Of a stretch of 64,000 nt of DNA, positions 9,010 through 18,350 are shown piece by piece (the stretch's first letter is position 1; the number at the start of each line of letters is the position of its first letter). Origin of the DNA: Candidatus Hydrogenedentota bacterium (GTDB taxonomy: Bacteria; Hydrogenedentota; Hydrogenedentia; Hydrogenedentales; SLHB01); the NCBI GenBank assembly GCA_045863295.1, contig BTWA01000023.1:1-64000 (forward strand), given 5' to 3'. The position numbers were made by a program, and so were the translations under genes. The notes beneath the pieces were generated by a model. The model did no database searches. It had not been told where the DNA came from and saw only the letters and a list, made by a program, of their open reading frames with translations.

Positions 9010-11505
9010 ATGAAGTACGCGGCCGCTGTCGGAATGTTGGCCTTCCTGAATCTGCAATCAGCCGCGGTCCTCGTACCCGGCGGAATGGAAGACTGGGCCA
9101 TCGTGGTGGCTGCTGACGCGATCCCAAGCGAGCGATACGCCGCCGCAGAATTCCAATCTCTGTTCCAAAGACTGACCGGCCACACACTTCCTGTCGCGGA
9201 AACGGCCCCCAGTAGCGGACACACCATATATATCGGTTCCGGCGCTGCCCTCCGTGCCCCTGAAATCGCTTTCGATACCAATGGCATGCCGGACGAAACC
9301 CTGCGCATTCGGTCCAATGATAGCACCATAGCCATCGCAGGGGGCGGCCCTCGTGGTACCCTTTACGGCGTCTACGAGTTTTTTGAACGTTTCTGCGGAG
9401 TTCGCTTTCTTACTGCCGATCACACGGCCTTTCCAGATTCCGGAAGAATCGCCCCTCTCGAAAACATTGACTTCACATACAACCCGCCGTTCTCATTCCG
9501 ATGGAGCTACTACAAGGCAAATGCCGACCACCCGGATTTTGCCGCGCGCCTCCGTGTCAACACGATTACCAAGGAGGAACGCCTCGGAGGAATGACGGGC
9601 CAAACCCTCATCGGGCACAGCTATGCCAGATGGATCAATCCGGATAAATATGGCAAGGATCACCCCGAATACTTTGCCTTCATTGGCGGCGAGCGAAAAT
9701 CCAATATCCCGGCCGCCGCCACTGAACCCTGCGTCACCAATCCCGAGGTCATCGACATCATCACCGAGAACGTGCTCGCGGAAATCGCGGCCAACCCCTC
9801 CATGGAAAACATTGCAGTAAGTCAGAATGACAATGATGCCTACTGCCGTTGTCCCGAATGTTCGGCCATCAATGATCGCGAAGGCACGCCCATGGGATCC
9901 AACCTCGCCCTCGTCAACGCGGTCGCCGAGCGTGTTGAAAAAGTTTATCCCCATGTCAAAGTCGGCACCCTGGCCTATTGGTACACGCGCAAAGCCCCCA
10001 AGACCATCAAGCCCCGCACCAACGTGCAAATCCAACTTTGCAGCATCGAATGCTGCGAACTGCATCCGATTAGTGACCCCAATTGCCCGAAGAACGTCGC
10101 ATTCTATCAAGACCTCCAAGACTGGAAAGCCATCTGCAACGATGTCTGGATCTGGAACTACAACACCAACTTTTCCTACTACGATCTGCCTTTTCCAAAT
10201 CTACGAGTCATCGGACCCAACGTTCGCCTTTTCCGCGATAGCCACGCCCGCGGCGTGTTCATGCAAGCCAACGCCATGGGTGACGCCGGCGAAATGTGCG
10301 ATCTCCGCAATTACGTCATGGCGCGTACTCTTTGGAACCCCGACCTGGAAAGCTGGCCCCTGGTTGAGGAGTTCTGTGCGTTGCACTACGAAGACGCCGC
10401 GCCGGCCATCCTTGATTACCTCCGATTGGCAGAGGAAAATGCAGAGACTCATGGCAATCACCCCGATTGTGGCGCATTTCCCGTCGAGTTGGGCCTCACC
10501 CCCGAAAGCGTGGAAAAGGGCTACGACATCTTCCAGAAGGCCTTGGCCTTGGCGCCGAACGACACCATTCGCACCCGGGTGGAAATGGCCTCCATCCCCG
10601 CTTACCGCGCCCTCATCGTGGCGAATGGCCGGCCGTGGAAGAACGAGAACGGCACAGTCACACGCGATCTTCCTGATCGTTTTGCATCAGTTATTCCCGA
10701 CTACATTGCTCTATGTAAGAAGTATGGCATGACCTATGTAGCGGAAGGCCGCCAGTCCAGCATTTACTTCGATCAATTGCAGAAAATGGCAGCCATGCCC
10801 GCGGTATCCCTGGAAAATGACGTTTGGCGCCTTACCGTCCTCCCGGAACAGAACGGCAAAATGATCGAGCTGCTTCACAAACCGTCCGGACATTTCATGC
10901 TCAACGCCATCAACCACGACAATATTCTCCAAGGCTGCCTCGACGAAGTCGGCCAGGCAGGCTTTACTTCCGAGGCCTTTTCTCCCTTCACCGCCACAGT
11001 CGAAGCAAGCGCCATCCATCTCCTCCGCACGCTTGAAGATGGCAGCATTGTCAATCGTACCATCGCATTCAAACCCGATGAACCCGGAGCCATCGTATGC
11101 ACCGGACGCGTCACCAACAAGAGTCCGGAACCGAAACTCTTTCAGTTCCGTACACGCCCGGAGTTCAACGCCTTCAGCACTACCAATGACGACGAAATTC
11201 TTGCGGCCTACGTGAAGGCCGGCAATTGGGTCCAATTCAATCGCGAATGGAAGGAAAGCACCGGACCCGATATCGACACACTGCTCAATGCTCACGGAGG
11301 CGGTATGGCCTACTTTAATCACGAAGCGCAATGCGGCATTGCAATGGCCTACGACCCCGCCGTCGTCAAATACCCGCGCCTACGTTGGTACCCGGAATTC
11401 CAACAGGTAAACCTCGAGCTATTTTCGAACGACCGCGAACTCAAACCCGGCGAAACCCTCGAAATGGCGTACACGCTGCGCTACATCGCCGAACCGCCCA
11501 AGTAA
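9010..11505 (+). CDS. DUF4838-like secreted protein with alpha-glucuronidase-like N-terminal domain (putative carbohydrate-active enzyme)
   Basis: Signal peptide from ATG 9010; 'GGGPRGTLYGVYEF', 'HPEYFA', 'SQNDNDAYCRCPEC', 'YVMARTLWNP'. Confidence 0.75.
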   Translation: MKYAAAVGMLAFLNLQSAAVLVPGGMEDWAIVVAADAIPSERYAAAEFQSLFQRLTGHTLPVAETAPSSGHTIYIGSGAALRAPEIAFDTNGMPDETLRIRSNDSTIAIAGGGPRGTLYGVYEFFERFCGVRFLTADHTAFPDSGRIAPLENIDFTYNPPFSFRWSYYKANADHPDFAARLRVNTITKEERLGGMTGQTLIGHSYARWINPDKYGKDHPEYFAFIGGERKSNIPAAATEPCVTNPEVIDIITENVLAEIAANPSMENIAVSQNDNDAYCRCPECSAINDREGTPMGSNLALVNAVAERVEKVYPHVKVGTLAYWYTRKAPKTIKPRTNVQIQLCSIECCELHPISDPNCPKNVAFYQDLQDWKAICNDVWIWNYNTNFSYYDLPFPNLRVIGPNVRLFRDSHARGVFMQANAMGDAGEMCDLRNYVMARTLWNPDLESWPLVEEFCALHYEDAAPAILDYLRLAEENAETHGNHPDCGAFPVELGLTPESVEKGYDIFQKALALAPNDTIRTRVEMASIPAYRALIVANGRPWKNENGTVTRDLPDRFASVIPDYIALCKKYGMTYVAEGRQSSIYFDQLQKMAAMPAVSLENDVWRLTVLPEQNGKMIELLHKPSGHFMLNAINHDNILQGCLDEVGQAGFTSEAFSPFTATVEASAIHLLRTLEDGSIVNRTIAFKPDEPGAIVCTGRVTNKSPEPKLFQFRTRPEFNAFSTTNDDEILAAYVKAGNWVQFNREWKESTGPDIDTLLNAHGGGMAYFNHEAQCGIAMAYDPAVVKYPRLRWYPEFQQVNLELFSNDRELKPGETLEMAYTLRYIAEPPK

Positions 11506-11539
11506 TCCGGGTTCCCGCTATACCGGTGCGAAATGAGTA

Positions 11540-11584
11540 AGGCCGCACAGGGACCGGTTCTTAACACCGAACCCTGCGCGGCCT
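11540..11584. terminator. Long GC-rich stem-loop between convergent genes (terminator or structured 3' UTR)
   Basis: AGGCCGCACAGGG...CCCTGCGCGGCCT inverted repeat; the single mismatch becomes a G-U pair on the minus strand. Confidence 0.55.
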
Positions 11585-11673
11585 CTTCCCCAAACCCCCG
11601 CCCGAACCGTGCGCAAAAATATTTCGATAATGCCTGATGTCACGCACTCGCCGCGGTTCGCCGAACCAGTTGC

Positions 11674-11859
11674 TTACGCAGCCACGCGATCCATTTCCGG
11701 CTCGTTCGACTGTTTGATGGCGCGGCAATACGATTCCATTTCCAATTTCAGCGTACTCAACACGAACATGATCTCGTTCGCCGGGGCGTTACCCTTTTCA
11801 AGCTTGCGTTCCAGGTCTTTCGCCGCTACATACAAACGAAGTTTCTGACTGTTGCTCAT
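11674..11859 (-). CDS. Small (61 aa) helical hypothetical protein, probable sigma54-dependent target
   Basis: AGGAGGA RBS (11873-11867) 7 nt before ATG 11859; lies downstream of a consensus sigma54 promoter. Confidence 0.75.
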   Translation of the reverse strand: MSNSQKLRLYVAAKDLERKLEKGNAPANEIMFVLSTLKLEMESYCRAIKQSNEPEMDRVAA

Positions 11860-11931
11860 CCTCAAATCCTCCTGCTGATTGTCAGCCTTGGTTTTTCGCT
11901 ACGCTCGCAACCGCGAGCATGCAACTCAATG

Positions 11932-11948
11932 AGCAACGCCCGTGCCAA
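11932..11948 (-). promoter_or_regulatory. Sigma54 (-24/-12) promoter
   Basis: Minus strand reads TTGGCACGGGCGTTGCT, matching TGGCAC-N5-TTGC(W) with exact GG-N10-GC spacing; adjacent to a divergent sigma54 activator gene. Confidence 0.85.
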
Positions 11949-12101
11949 CTTCGAAGGTGACTTCCGTATTCGCGCCTTCAATAGAGAAGCCGAACCCGTA
12001 AGCTGTTTACTGGCAATACCTTACGAATTCAAATTAATACACATGCATAATTGTGCAAAAATCCGATATCATGATGCGCGGTCGTGGATGTTGTCTCGCA
12101 G

Positions 12102-12151
12102 TATAGTGCGTTCTTGATAGGCCGTGGGGGCTCTATCAAGAAAACTTGATA
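12102..12151. promoter_or_regulatory. Putative tandem enhancer/operator sites (bEBP UAS)
   Basis: Perfect palindrome TATCAAG-N4-CTTGATA (12134-12151) and a degenerate copy TATAGTG-N4-CTTGATA (12102-12119) offset by 32 bp. Confidence 0.6.
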
Positions 12152-12170
12152 CCCAGTAAGGACAGCACCC

Positions 12171-14231
12171 GTGCCGAAAGCCCTCTTGTTCTACCTCGAC
12201 GACGATGCGCACCCTTGGGCGGCCATCGAAGACCATGGAGAACCGTTTTCCATTCGAATCGGACGGAGTCCCGATAACGACATTGCCATCCCGCTCTCCG
12301 TCCCGCAGCACGTTCGCAATACCGTCTCGCGCGTCCATGCGCGGATATTTGCCAACCGGGGCCAGGTTTGGATTGAAGATTTGGGCTCGAATAACTTCAC
12401 ATTCCTTGGCGGGCGCGTCCTTATCGGCCCAAAACAATTGCGTTTCCCGTGCAGCGTTCGCCTTGGAAAACAAAAGATCCGAATCGAATCGGGGGAGCTG
12501 TCCCGGCGCCAACTGCGAAAGTATTCGTCAGAAGGTCTGGAGAAACCGCTCTCCAACGAATCCGCGGGCACGCTGACCGGGTCACTGTCCGTTTCACTCG
12601 ACAATCACTATCTGCGCGAATTGCAGACGCGCCTGCGATGGGTGGCGGCCATTGTCGATGTCGCCGAGATAGTAAGCCGCGGGTGTTCCGCGCGCCGAAT
12701 CGAAAACTTGCTGGAAACCACCCTTCAGACTCACTTCAACGCCGAACACTTCGAACTCGTGCTCGATCTCGCGCTCGCCGATTTTTCCGATCTTCTGTCT
12801 ACCGCGCACGTGCAGCCAACCGCGCGGACAAAGATCGAAAAAGGCATCGCCACGCTCAAAGAGAGCAAACCGTTCACGCGCGTTGTCGATCCTGAATCGA
12901 ATCTCGTTGCGTGGGTACTGCTGAATCCGTCGACGATGAAAGGCACGCTTTCCGCAATCGTCATGCAAACGAACGCCGACAACAGGGCCATTGCCGAAAC
13001 CGAGGAGGCCGATGCCGTCGTCGTTATTGCGCTCAAGATGGCCACCGCCGTGGTGCATGCCACACGGAGGTTTGAATCGCTCGAGGCCTCGGTGCATGAA
13101 TCCGTATCCCACGAACCAAGCGACCGGTTTGCGAATTTCTGCCGAGGCATGGGCATATGGGGTTCATCGCCCGCCTACAGGCAGAGCATTTACGCCGCCG
13201 AACAGGCAGCCACCCGTTATCTCAGCATGGCGATGCCCTCCGGAAAACTCTCCGGCGTATTTATCCTCGGCGAGACCGGCACCGGAAAAAGCAGCCTCGC
13301 GGAAGTAATCCACAAAACTTCGAATCATAAAGACGGACAATTCCAGGCGCTCAACTGCGCGAACGTTCCCGTCGAATTGGCCGAATCCGAACTCTTTGGC
13401 TATGAAAAAGGAGCCCACGCAACCGCGTTCGCGCGAAAGGCCGGCTTTTTCGAATCCGCCAACGGAGGCACCATCTTCCTCGACGAAATCGGAAAAACGT
13501 CCACTGCGTTTCAAAGCAAACTTCTCAAAGTGTTGGACACGGGACGATTCACACCCTTGGGATCCACGAGCCAGCAACGCACAAATTGTCACGTCATTCT
13601 TGCTGCGAGCGAGGATCCCGCGGAACTCATCAAAGACGGACAATTGCTCGCCGAGCTATGGTTCCGGGTTGGCGCATTTACAATTTCGATGCCGCCACTC
13701 CGGGACCGTGGCGACGATATCGTCTACATCGTCGATCAGCAACTCGAACGCTTCAACAATGCGCAATCGCCCAGCCGTCCAAAGAGCCTGTCGGAAGATG
13801 CCCGCTCGCTTGTCTTTCAATACAGCTGGCCGGGAAACGTCCGCGAGCTTATCGAATGTCTCCGTGTCGCCTATGCGATGACGCCCGAAGACAGCGAAAT
13901 CATCGATGTCGATTGCCTGCCGGTTCACGTGCGCGGCGGGCGCGATCGGATTCCCGCGCCGTCACCCACGATTATCAGCAGGCCGTTGTCCACCTTGGAC
14001 CAATTTACCGCGGAACGCGAACGCGAGTATCTCGCGCGCATCATCAACGAATGCGGCGGAAACCTCTCCGAAGCCGCGAGACGCGCCGGCCGCTCCTATC
14101 CGGCGCTCCACGCGCGCGTCAAGGAATTCCGCGCATGGGCGCGCGAATGCAACGACTCCTCGGCTGTCGCCGAGCGCGCGATTCTCCAACAACTGGCCGG
14201 TTCGCAGTGGCACGTGATTGAAAAGGAGTGA
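12171..14231 (+). CDS. FHA-domain sigma54-interacting (Fis/NtrC-type) transcriptional regulator
   Basis: FHA motifs 'IGRSPDNDI', 'VSRVHA', 'EDLGSNNFT'. AAA+ motifs 'GETGTGKS', 'ESELFG', 'FLDEIG', 'WPGNVREL'. C-terminal HTH 'GGNLSEAARRAG'. GAFTGA loop reads GAHATA. Confidence 0.92.
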   Translation: MPKALLFYLDDDAHPWAAIEDHGEPFSIRIGRSPDNDIAIPLSVPQHVRNTVSRVHARIFANRGQVWIEDLGSNNFTFLGGRVLIGPKQLRFPCSVRLGKQKIRIESGELSRRQLRKYSSEGLEKPLSNESAGTLTGSLSVSLDNHYLRELQTRLRWVAAIVDVAEIVSRGCSARRIENLLETTLQTHFNAEHFELVLDLALADFSDLLSTAHVQPTARTKIEKGIATLKESKPFTRVVDPESNLVAWVLLNPSTMKGTLSAIVMQTNADNRAIAETEEADAVVVIALKMATAVVHATRRFESLEASVHESVSHEPSDRFANFCRGMGIWGSSPAYRQSIYAAEQAATRYLSMAMPSGKLSGVFILGETGTGKSSLAEVIHKTSNHKDGQFQALNCANVPVELAESELFGYEKGAHATAFARKAGFFESANGGTIFLDEIGKTSTAFQSKLLKVLDTGRFTPLGSTSQQRTNCHVILAASEDPAELIKDGQLLAELWFRVGAFTISMPPLRDRGDDIVYIVDQQLERFNNAQSPSRPKSLSEDARSLVFQYSWPGNVRELIECLRVAYAMTPEDSEIIDVDCLPVHVRGGRDRIPAPSPTIISRPLSTLDQFTAEREREYLARIINECGGNLSEAARRAGRSYPALHARVKEFRAWARECNDSSAVAERAILQQLAGSQWHVIEKE

Positions 14232-14289
14232 CATTGCATGTCCGCCGCACGGTGATTTCCGCGGCCGTTCGTGCAAGCGTCCCGAATCA

Positions 14290-15129
14290 TCAATCGAACC
14301 AAAAGTACTTCCAATGCGGCGCCGGTCCTTCGTGCGCTGCATACCATCCCTGATGCCGTTTCAATTTTTCGAACGGCCAGATGAGAACCCAACTTGCATG
14401 ACTCGGGATCACGTGTTCGTCCCGGGGGTTATACACCACTATCTCGCGCGTGCCGAAGTTGCCGATCAAAAATGTCGGCAGCTCAAAGAACAGGTTGTAT
14501 GCTTCTCCGCTCCGCGCGTAGCGGTACCGCTCAATTCCCACAACGCCCGGCTTGTAATCCGGCCACACGCCGCCCATCGAAGGCGGATACGAGCCAAAAT
14601 CCGTATGATGCTTTTCGATGGCTTCGATCAGTTCCGCGCTTTGTTCGATTGCATGTCGCCGGCCAAGTGCCGTCACCTCATCCATGAACGGAATCTGCAA
14701 TGCCACGATCCCCGGCGCTACGGCGGCCAAATAATAGGGAGCAACTGCCGGGCCGCCGTCCTTTCCGCGCCGCCACCGAAATCCGCTCAAACCCGCGCCC
14801 GCCAGCAACACGATTGTCAGCATTCCCAACACCGCGCCCGACATCATGACCGCGACCAGTGTCACTGCCGAGGCCAGCAACACCAGCAGCAGCAGCGCTA
14901 GCAAGCCAAGCCCCCGCCGCCACCGCTTGCGCGAACTGAGCCGTTCATACGCGATCCACACGATGCCCAACGGCGCCAGCAGGCACCCCAATGCTCCCGC
15001 CGTCTGCGCCATCATCGACACGGCCATGGCCAATCCGTCGTACTGGCCGGGTAGAAGCGGATAGAACACGCACAATTCCGCCAATCCGATCAGCAACGCC
15101 ATCACGGCCAGATGAAGTGCAATTCGCAT
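14290..15129 (-). CDS. Hypothetical membrane protein
   Basis: GAGG RBS before ATG 15129; 4-5 TM segments followed by a soluble C-terminal domain. Confidence 0.7.
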   Translation of the reverse strand: MRIALHLAVMALLIGLAELCVFYPLLPGQYDGLAMAVSMMAQTAGALGCLLAPLGIVWIAYERLSSRKRWRRGLGLLALLLLVLLASAVTLVAVMMSGAVLGMLTIVLLAGAGLSGFRWRRGKDGGPAVAPYYLAAVAPGIVALQIPFMDEVTALGRRHAIEQSAELIEAIEKHHTDFGSYPPSMGGVWPDYKPGVVGIERYRYARSGEAYNLFFELPTFLIGNFGTREIVVYNPRDEHVIPSHASWVLIWPFEKLKRHQGWYAAHEGPAPHWKYFWFD

Positions 15130-15284
15130 CGTAATTCCTCTCGTGCCGCCACTATGCCAGGTTCCTCCCGGCCCAACCGCCCGGTATTGCATGGCGCCGT
15201 TCCGGCTCTTGTAGTTCCCCCGCCGTTCGTAGGATACTGCCTTCCGGAGCCGCCCATTTTCTGGGCGAAAGGGGAAAACAGCAC

Positions 15285-16613
15285 ATGAACACCAATCGCA
15301 GGACCTTTCTCAAAACCACGGCCCTCGCCGCCGCGCCTTTCATACTGCCGTCCACCGTGTGGGCCGCCAAAACCAAACCCAGCGACAAGATCGTGATGGG
15401 TTTCATCGGCATGGGCAAACAAAGCCGCGGTCTTCTCGGCACGTTTCTTCGCTTTCCCGAAGTGCGTGTCGTCGCGGTATGCGACGTCGACACGACCCGG
15501 CGCAACGACGCCCAGGCCAAGGTCAACGAGTACTATACGGCCAACCCGGCCCAAGGTTCCGCTGACTGCGCCGCCTACAACGACTTTCGCGAACTCATCG
15601 CGCGGGGCGACATCAATGCGGTCTGCATCGCCACGCCCGACCACTGGCACGCCATCCCCACCATTGCGGCGCTTGAAGCGGGCATGGATGTCTACTGCGA
15701 AAAACCGTTGACCCACAACATCCACGAAGCCATTGCCGTCATGGATGCCGTTAAGAAAAACAAAGGCGTCCTTCAAACCGGGTCCATGCAACGATCCAGC
15801 AAAGAATTTCGCATCGCCTGCGAACTCGTCCGCAACGGCGTCATTGGAAAAATCCGCCACGTCGACGTCAGCTTCGGCCCTCCCGGCGTTCCCTGCAACC
15901 TCCCCGAAGAACCCATGGAGCCCGGCCTTGACTGGGAAATGTGGATTGGCCCCGGCCCGATGCGCCCCTACAGTTCCGTGCTCAGCCCGCGCGGCATGCA
16001 CGACCATTTCCCCGACTGGCGCAGTTACAAAGAATACGGCGGCGGCATGGTCTGCGATTGGGGCGCCCACCACATCGACATCGCCCAATGGGGCCTCGGC
16101 ATGGATAACAGCGGTCCCGTCAAGGTTCAAGCGCCCGACGATCCCAATGCCGTCAACGGCGCCATCATGACGTACAAGAATGGCGTCACCGTCAAACACG
16201 TTGACGGGTTCGGCGCCGAATTCTTCGGCAGCGACGGCGAAGTCAAAGTCAATCGCGGCCGCATCGAGTTCTACCTCAACGGTAAGAAGATCGCCGGTTT
16301 CGTCGATCGCGCCGACGGATCCCTCGGCGACACCTTGCGCACCATCGAAGAAGAATACCTCAAGAACGCTCGCGTTCAGCTTTACCGCAGCGACAATCAT
16401 CTGCGCGATTTCATTGACTGCGTCAAGTCCCGCAAGAAACCCATCACCAGCGAAATCGTGGGCGGCCGCACCGCCATCTGCTGCCACCTCATGAACCAGG
16501 CCTACTACAACCACACTACGATCGAGTGGAAACCCAAGCGCATGGAATTCGCCAAGGGCAGCGGCAACCCCGCCTGGCTCACGCGCGATTACCGCGCGCC
16601 GTGGAAGGTGTGA
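15285..16613 (+). CDS. Gfo/Idh/MocA family oxidoreductase, Tat-exported
   Basis: 'NRRTFLK'; 'GFIGMG', 'IATPDHWH', 'DVYCEKP', 'GSMQRS', 'DWGAHH'. Confidence 0.93.
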   Translation: MNTNRRTFLKTTALAAAPFILPSTVWAAKTKPSDKIVMGFIGMGKQSRGLLGTFLRFPEVRVVAVCDVDTTRRNDAQAKVNEYYTANPAQGSADCAAYNDFRELIARGDINAVCIATPDHWHAIPTIAALEAGMDVYCEKPLTHNIHEAIAVMDAVKKNKGVLQTGSMQRSSKEFRIACELVRNGVIGKIRHVDVSFGPPGVPCNLPEEPMEPGLDWEMWIGPGPMRPYSSVLSPRGMHDHFPDWRSYKEYGGGMVCDWGAHHIDIAQWGLGMDNSGPVKVQAPDDPNAVNGAIMTYKNGVTVKHVDGFGAEFFGSDGEVKVNRGRIEFYLNGKKIAGFVDRADGSLGDTLRTIEEEYLKNARVQLYRSDNHLRDFIDCVKSRKKPITSEIVGGRTAICCHLMNQAYYNHTTIEWKPKRMEFAKGSGNPAWLTRDYRAPWKV

Positions 16614-16639
16614 GCACGCTATACGATTGACCGTTCGCG

Positions 16640-16669
16640 ACGGCCTCGGTGAAAGCCGAGGCCGTTTTT
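16640..16669 (+). terminator. Rho-independent terminator
   Basis: ACGGCCTCGGT-GAAA-GCCGAGGCCGT followed by TTTT, just after the stop at 16613. Confidence 0.85.
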
Positions 16670-16711
16670 CGTTTGCGCCGGATCGTGAAGCCTGATCGTT
16701 TTGGTGGCAAG

Positions 16712-18289
16712 TCATTCGCGATCGTCCTCCATCTGGCTCTTGCTTTCAGATTGTGAGTGAATGGCATGCGGCCGACGTGTAGAAGCGATTTCCAACCGTT
16801 CTTGAATCGATTGCCCCTGCTTCGAGTCCGTTTTTGTCTCTACAGAAAACTCGTCTGGTTTGATTGCGCCACTTGTTGTCGGTTGTTGCGCTTGATCGTT
16901 GCATTGCGATTCAGGCGTGAAGCCGGTGCCCTGTGCGGGCAGGCCCACTCCACGCGGAAACGCCTCCGGCTGTACTTTGCCGTCTTTGATGGCTTGTTCG
17001 TACGTGGTAAGGATTTCAGACAGGGGATCCTGGGTTGGGGGTGTTTGGTTGGGCGTGCGCTTTTCATCACTCCGAGTCAAGGATGGAGCGGGTCTTGTTG
17101 ATTTCTTGTTTGCTCGGTAGCAGGCGAGGATGTGGTCTCGGTGGCTTTGGGCGTAGGGTTGGTCGAGGAGGGTGGCGTTGTCGAAGGCTTGGCACATTTC
17201 GATGTCGCGGCCTTGGCCGGCGGCTTGGATGGCTTGTTGGATGTAGGCTTTGGCGTGGGTCTGGGGGGATTGGGGCGGGAGTTGGAGGGCTTGGAGTGTG
17301 GCGGGGTCGAGGCTGGTGTCGTGTTGCATGCGGTGGGCGTGGCGGAGGATGCCTTCGGGGGTTGGGGGTGCGGGGGTGTGTTTTTGACGGTTCAAGGGGG
17401 TATGGGCTGGGGCGTGGAGGGTGCGGAGGGAGGCCCTAAGTTCGCGCATGAGACGGACATAGGCGGTGATCATGGCGGGGGTGTCGGGGGACCATGGGGT
17501 GGCGGCGTTTGCGACAGTGGTGGCGGCGGCGTTGGCGAGGACTTGGAGCATGGCGACGTTGTGGGCGGTGTGGAGTCCCATGGGGTTGGGGTGGGGCTGG
17601 GTTTCGACGACGGCGAGGGCGTCGGTGAGGACGGTGTTGTATTCGAGGCGTTGGTAGGGGCAGGGGGCTTCGCCAGGCTGTAGACTGTAGGCTGCAGGCT
17701 GTAGGGGGGATGGGGATGGGAAGGACTGCAAGGACATTCTGGACGGATCCTCCTTCGCTGAAGCTACGGAGGACAGGCCCTCCTTCGCTGAAGCTTCCTC
17801 CTTCGTTAAAACTACGGAGGATGAGTCGGGGGACCAGATGGGGCCCTCCTTCGCCGAGGCTTCCTCCTTCGTTAAAACTACGGAGGACGAGACGGCGGCG
17901 TGGGGGCAGGTTTGGTGGTGGGGGCAGGTGGTGGTGCAGGTTTTTAGGCGGCGGGAGTAGAGGCCGTGGATGGTGTGGTTGCGGTTGCCTTTGGGGGCGC
18001 CGGTTTGGTTGAAGCCGCCGTGGTGGGGGCAGCGGCCTGAGGGGTGGTTGGAGGGGTTGGTGCAGGGGGTGGCTTCCTCCTTCGCTGAAGCTACGGAGGA
18101 CGAGCCCTCCTTCGCTGACGCTTCCTCCTTCGTTAAAACTACGGAGGACGAGTCGGAGGAGGGGGCGGGGGTGCGGGCGCCGCAGATTCGGTGGTTTAGT
18201 TGTTTTTCTTTGGCTTCGACTATGGCGATCCATTCTGGGGTCCAGGATCGGGCGCAGGGGGTGCCGAGGGTGGTGGTATGGGTAGGCAT
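16712..18289 (-). CDS. HGGxSTG-domain-like (phage small-terminase-like) protein interrupted in frame by repeat elements
   Basis: 'ICGART...TPC...GRCPHHGG...GAPKGNRNHTIHG' zinc-knuckle signature; AAGGA RBS upstream; the SSVVLTKEE and SSVASAKE(E) peptides are encoded by DNA palindromes. Confidence 0.6.
   Translation of the reverse strand: MPTHTTTLGTPCARSWTPEWIAIVEAKEKQLNHRICGARTPAPSSDSSSVVLTKEEASAKEGSSSVASAKEEATPCTNPSNHPSGRCPHHGGFNQTGAPKGNRNHTIHGLYSRRLKTCTTTCPHHQTCPHAAVSSSVVLTKEEASAKEGPIWSPDSSSVVLTKEEASAKEGLSSVASAKEDPSRMSLQSFPSPSPLQPAAYSLQPGEAPCPYQRLEYNTVLTDALAVVETQPHPNPMGLHTAHNVAMLQVLANAAATTVANAATPWSPDTPAMITAYVRLMRELRASLRTLHAPAHTPLNRQKHTPAPPTPEGILRHAHRMQHDTSLDPATLQALQLPPQSPQTHAKAYIQQAIQAAGQGRDIEMCQAFDNATLLDQPYAQSHRDHILACYRANKKSTRPAPSLTRSDEKRTPNQTPPTQDPLSEILTTYEQAIKDGKVQPEAFPRGVGLPAQGTGFTPESQCNDQAQQPTTSGAIKPDEFSVETKTDSKQGQSIQERLEIASTRRPHAIHSQSESKSQMEDDRE
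17675..17705. repeat. Heptamer tandem repeat (AGRCTGY x4)
   Basis: aggctgt agactgt aggctgc aggctgt agg. Confidence 0.7.
17748..17898. repeat. Cluster of five 30-bp palindromic elements, including two nested pairs
   Basis: Units at 17748-17777, outer 17778 with inner 17796-17825, and outer 17844 with inner 17862-17891; consensus TCCTCCTTCGYTRAARCTACGGAGGAYGAG. Confidence 0.92.
18075..18160. repeat. Cluster of three 30-bp palindromic elements, including one nested pair
   Basis: Unit at 18075-18104; outer 18105-18160 with inner 18123-18152. Confidence 0.92.
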
Positions 18290-18350
18290 GGTGGGGGTGT
18301 CCTTTTGTTGTAGTGGTCCTTATTTATTTAGGGCGGGGTGTTGCAGTTGC

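Noticed and set aside
15102..16715. 537-aa minus-strand ORF (likewise 47249-48559 and 48934-49977 on plus)
   Set aside because: Antisense shadows of well-supported oxidoreductase and sulfatase genes in GC-rich DNA.
17748..18160. CRISPR array interpretation of the ~30-bp repeats (also 46007-46650)
   Set aside because: Copies are nested, abutting or inverted, with no regular unique spacers and no cas genes.
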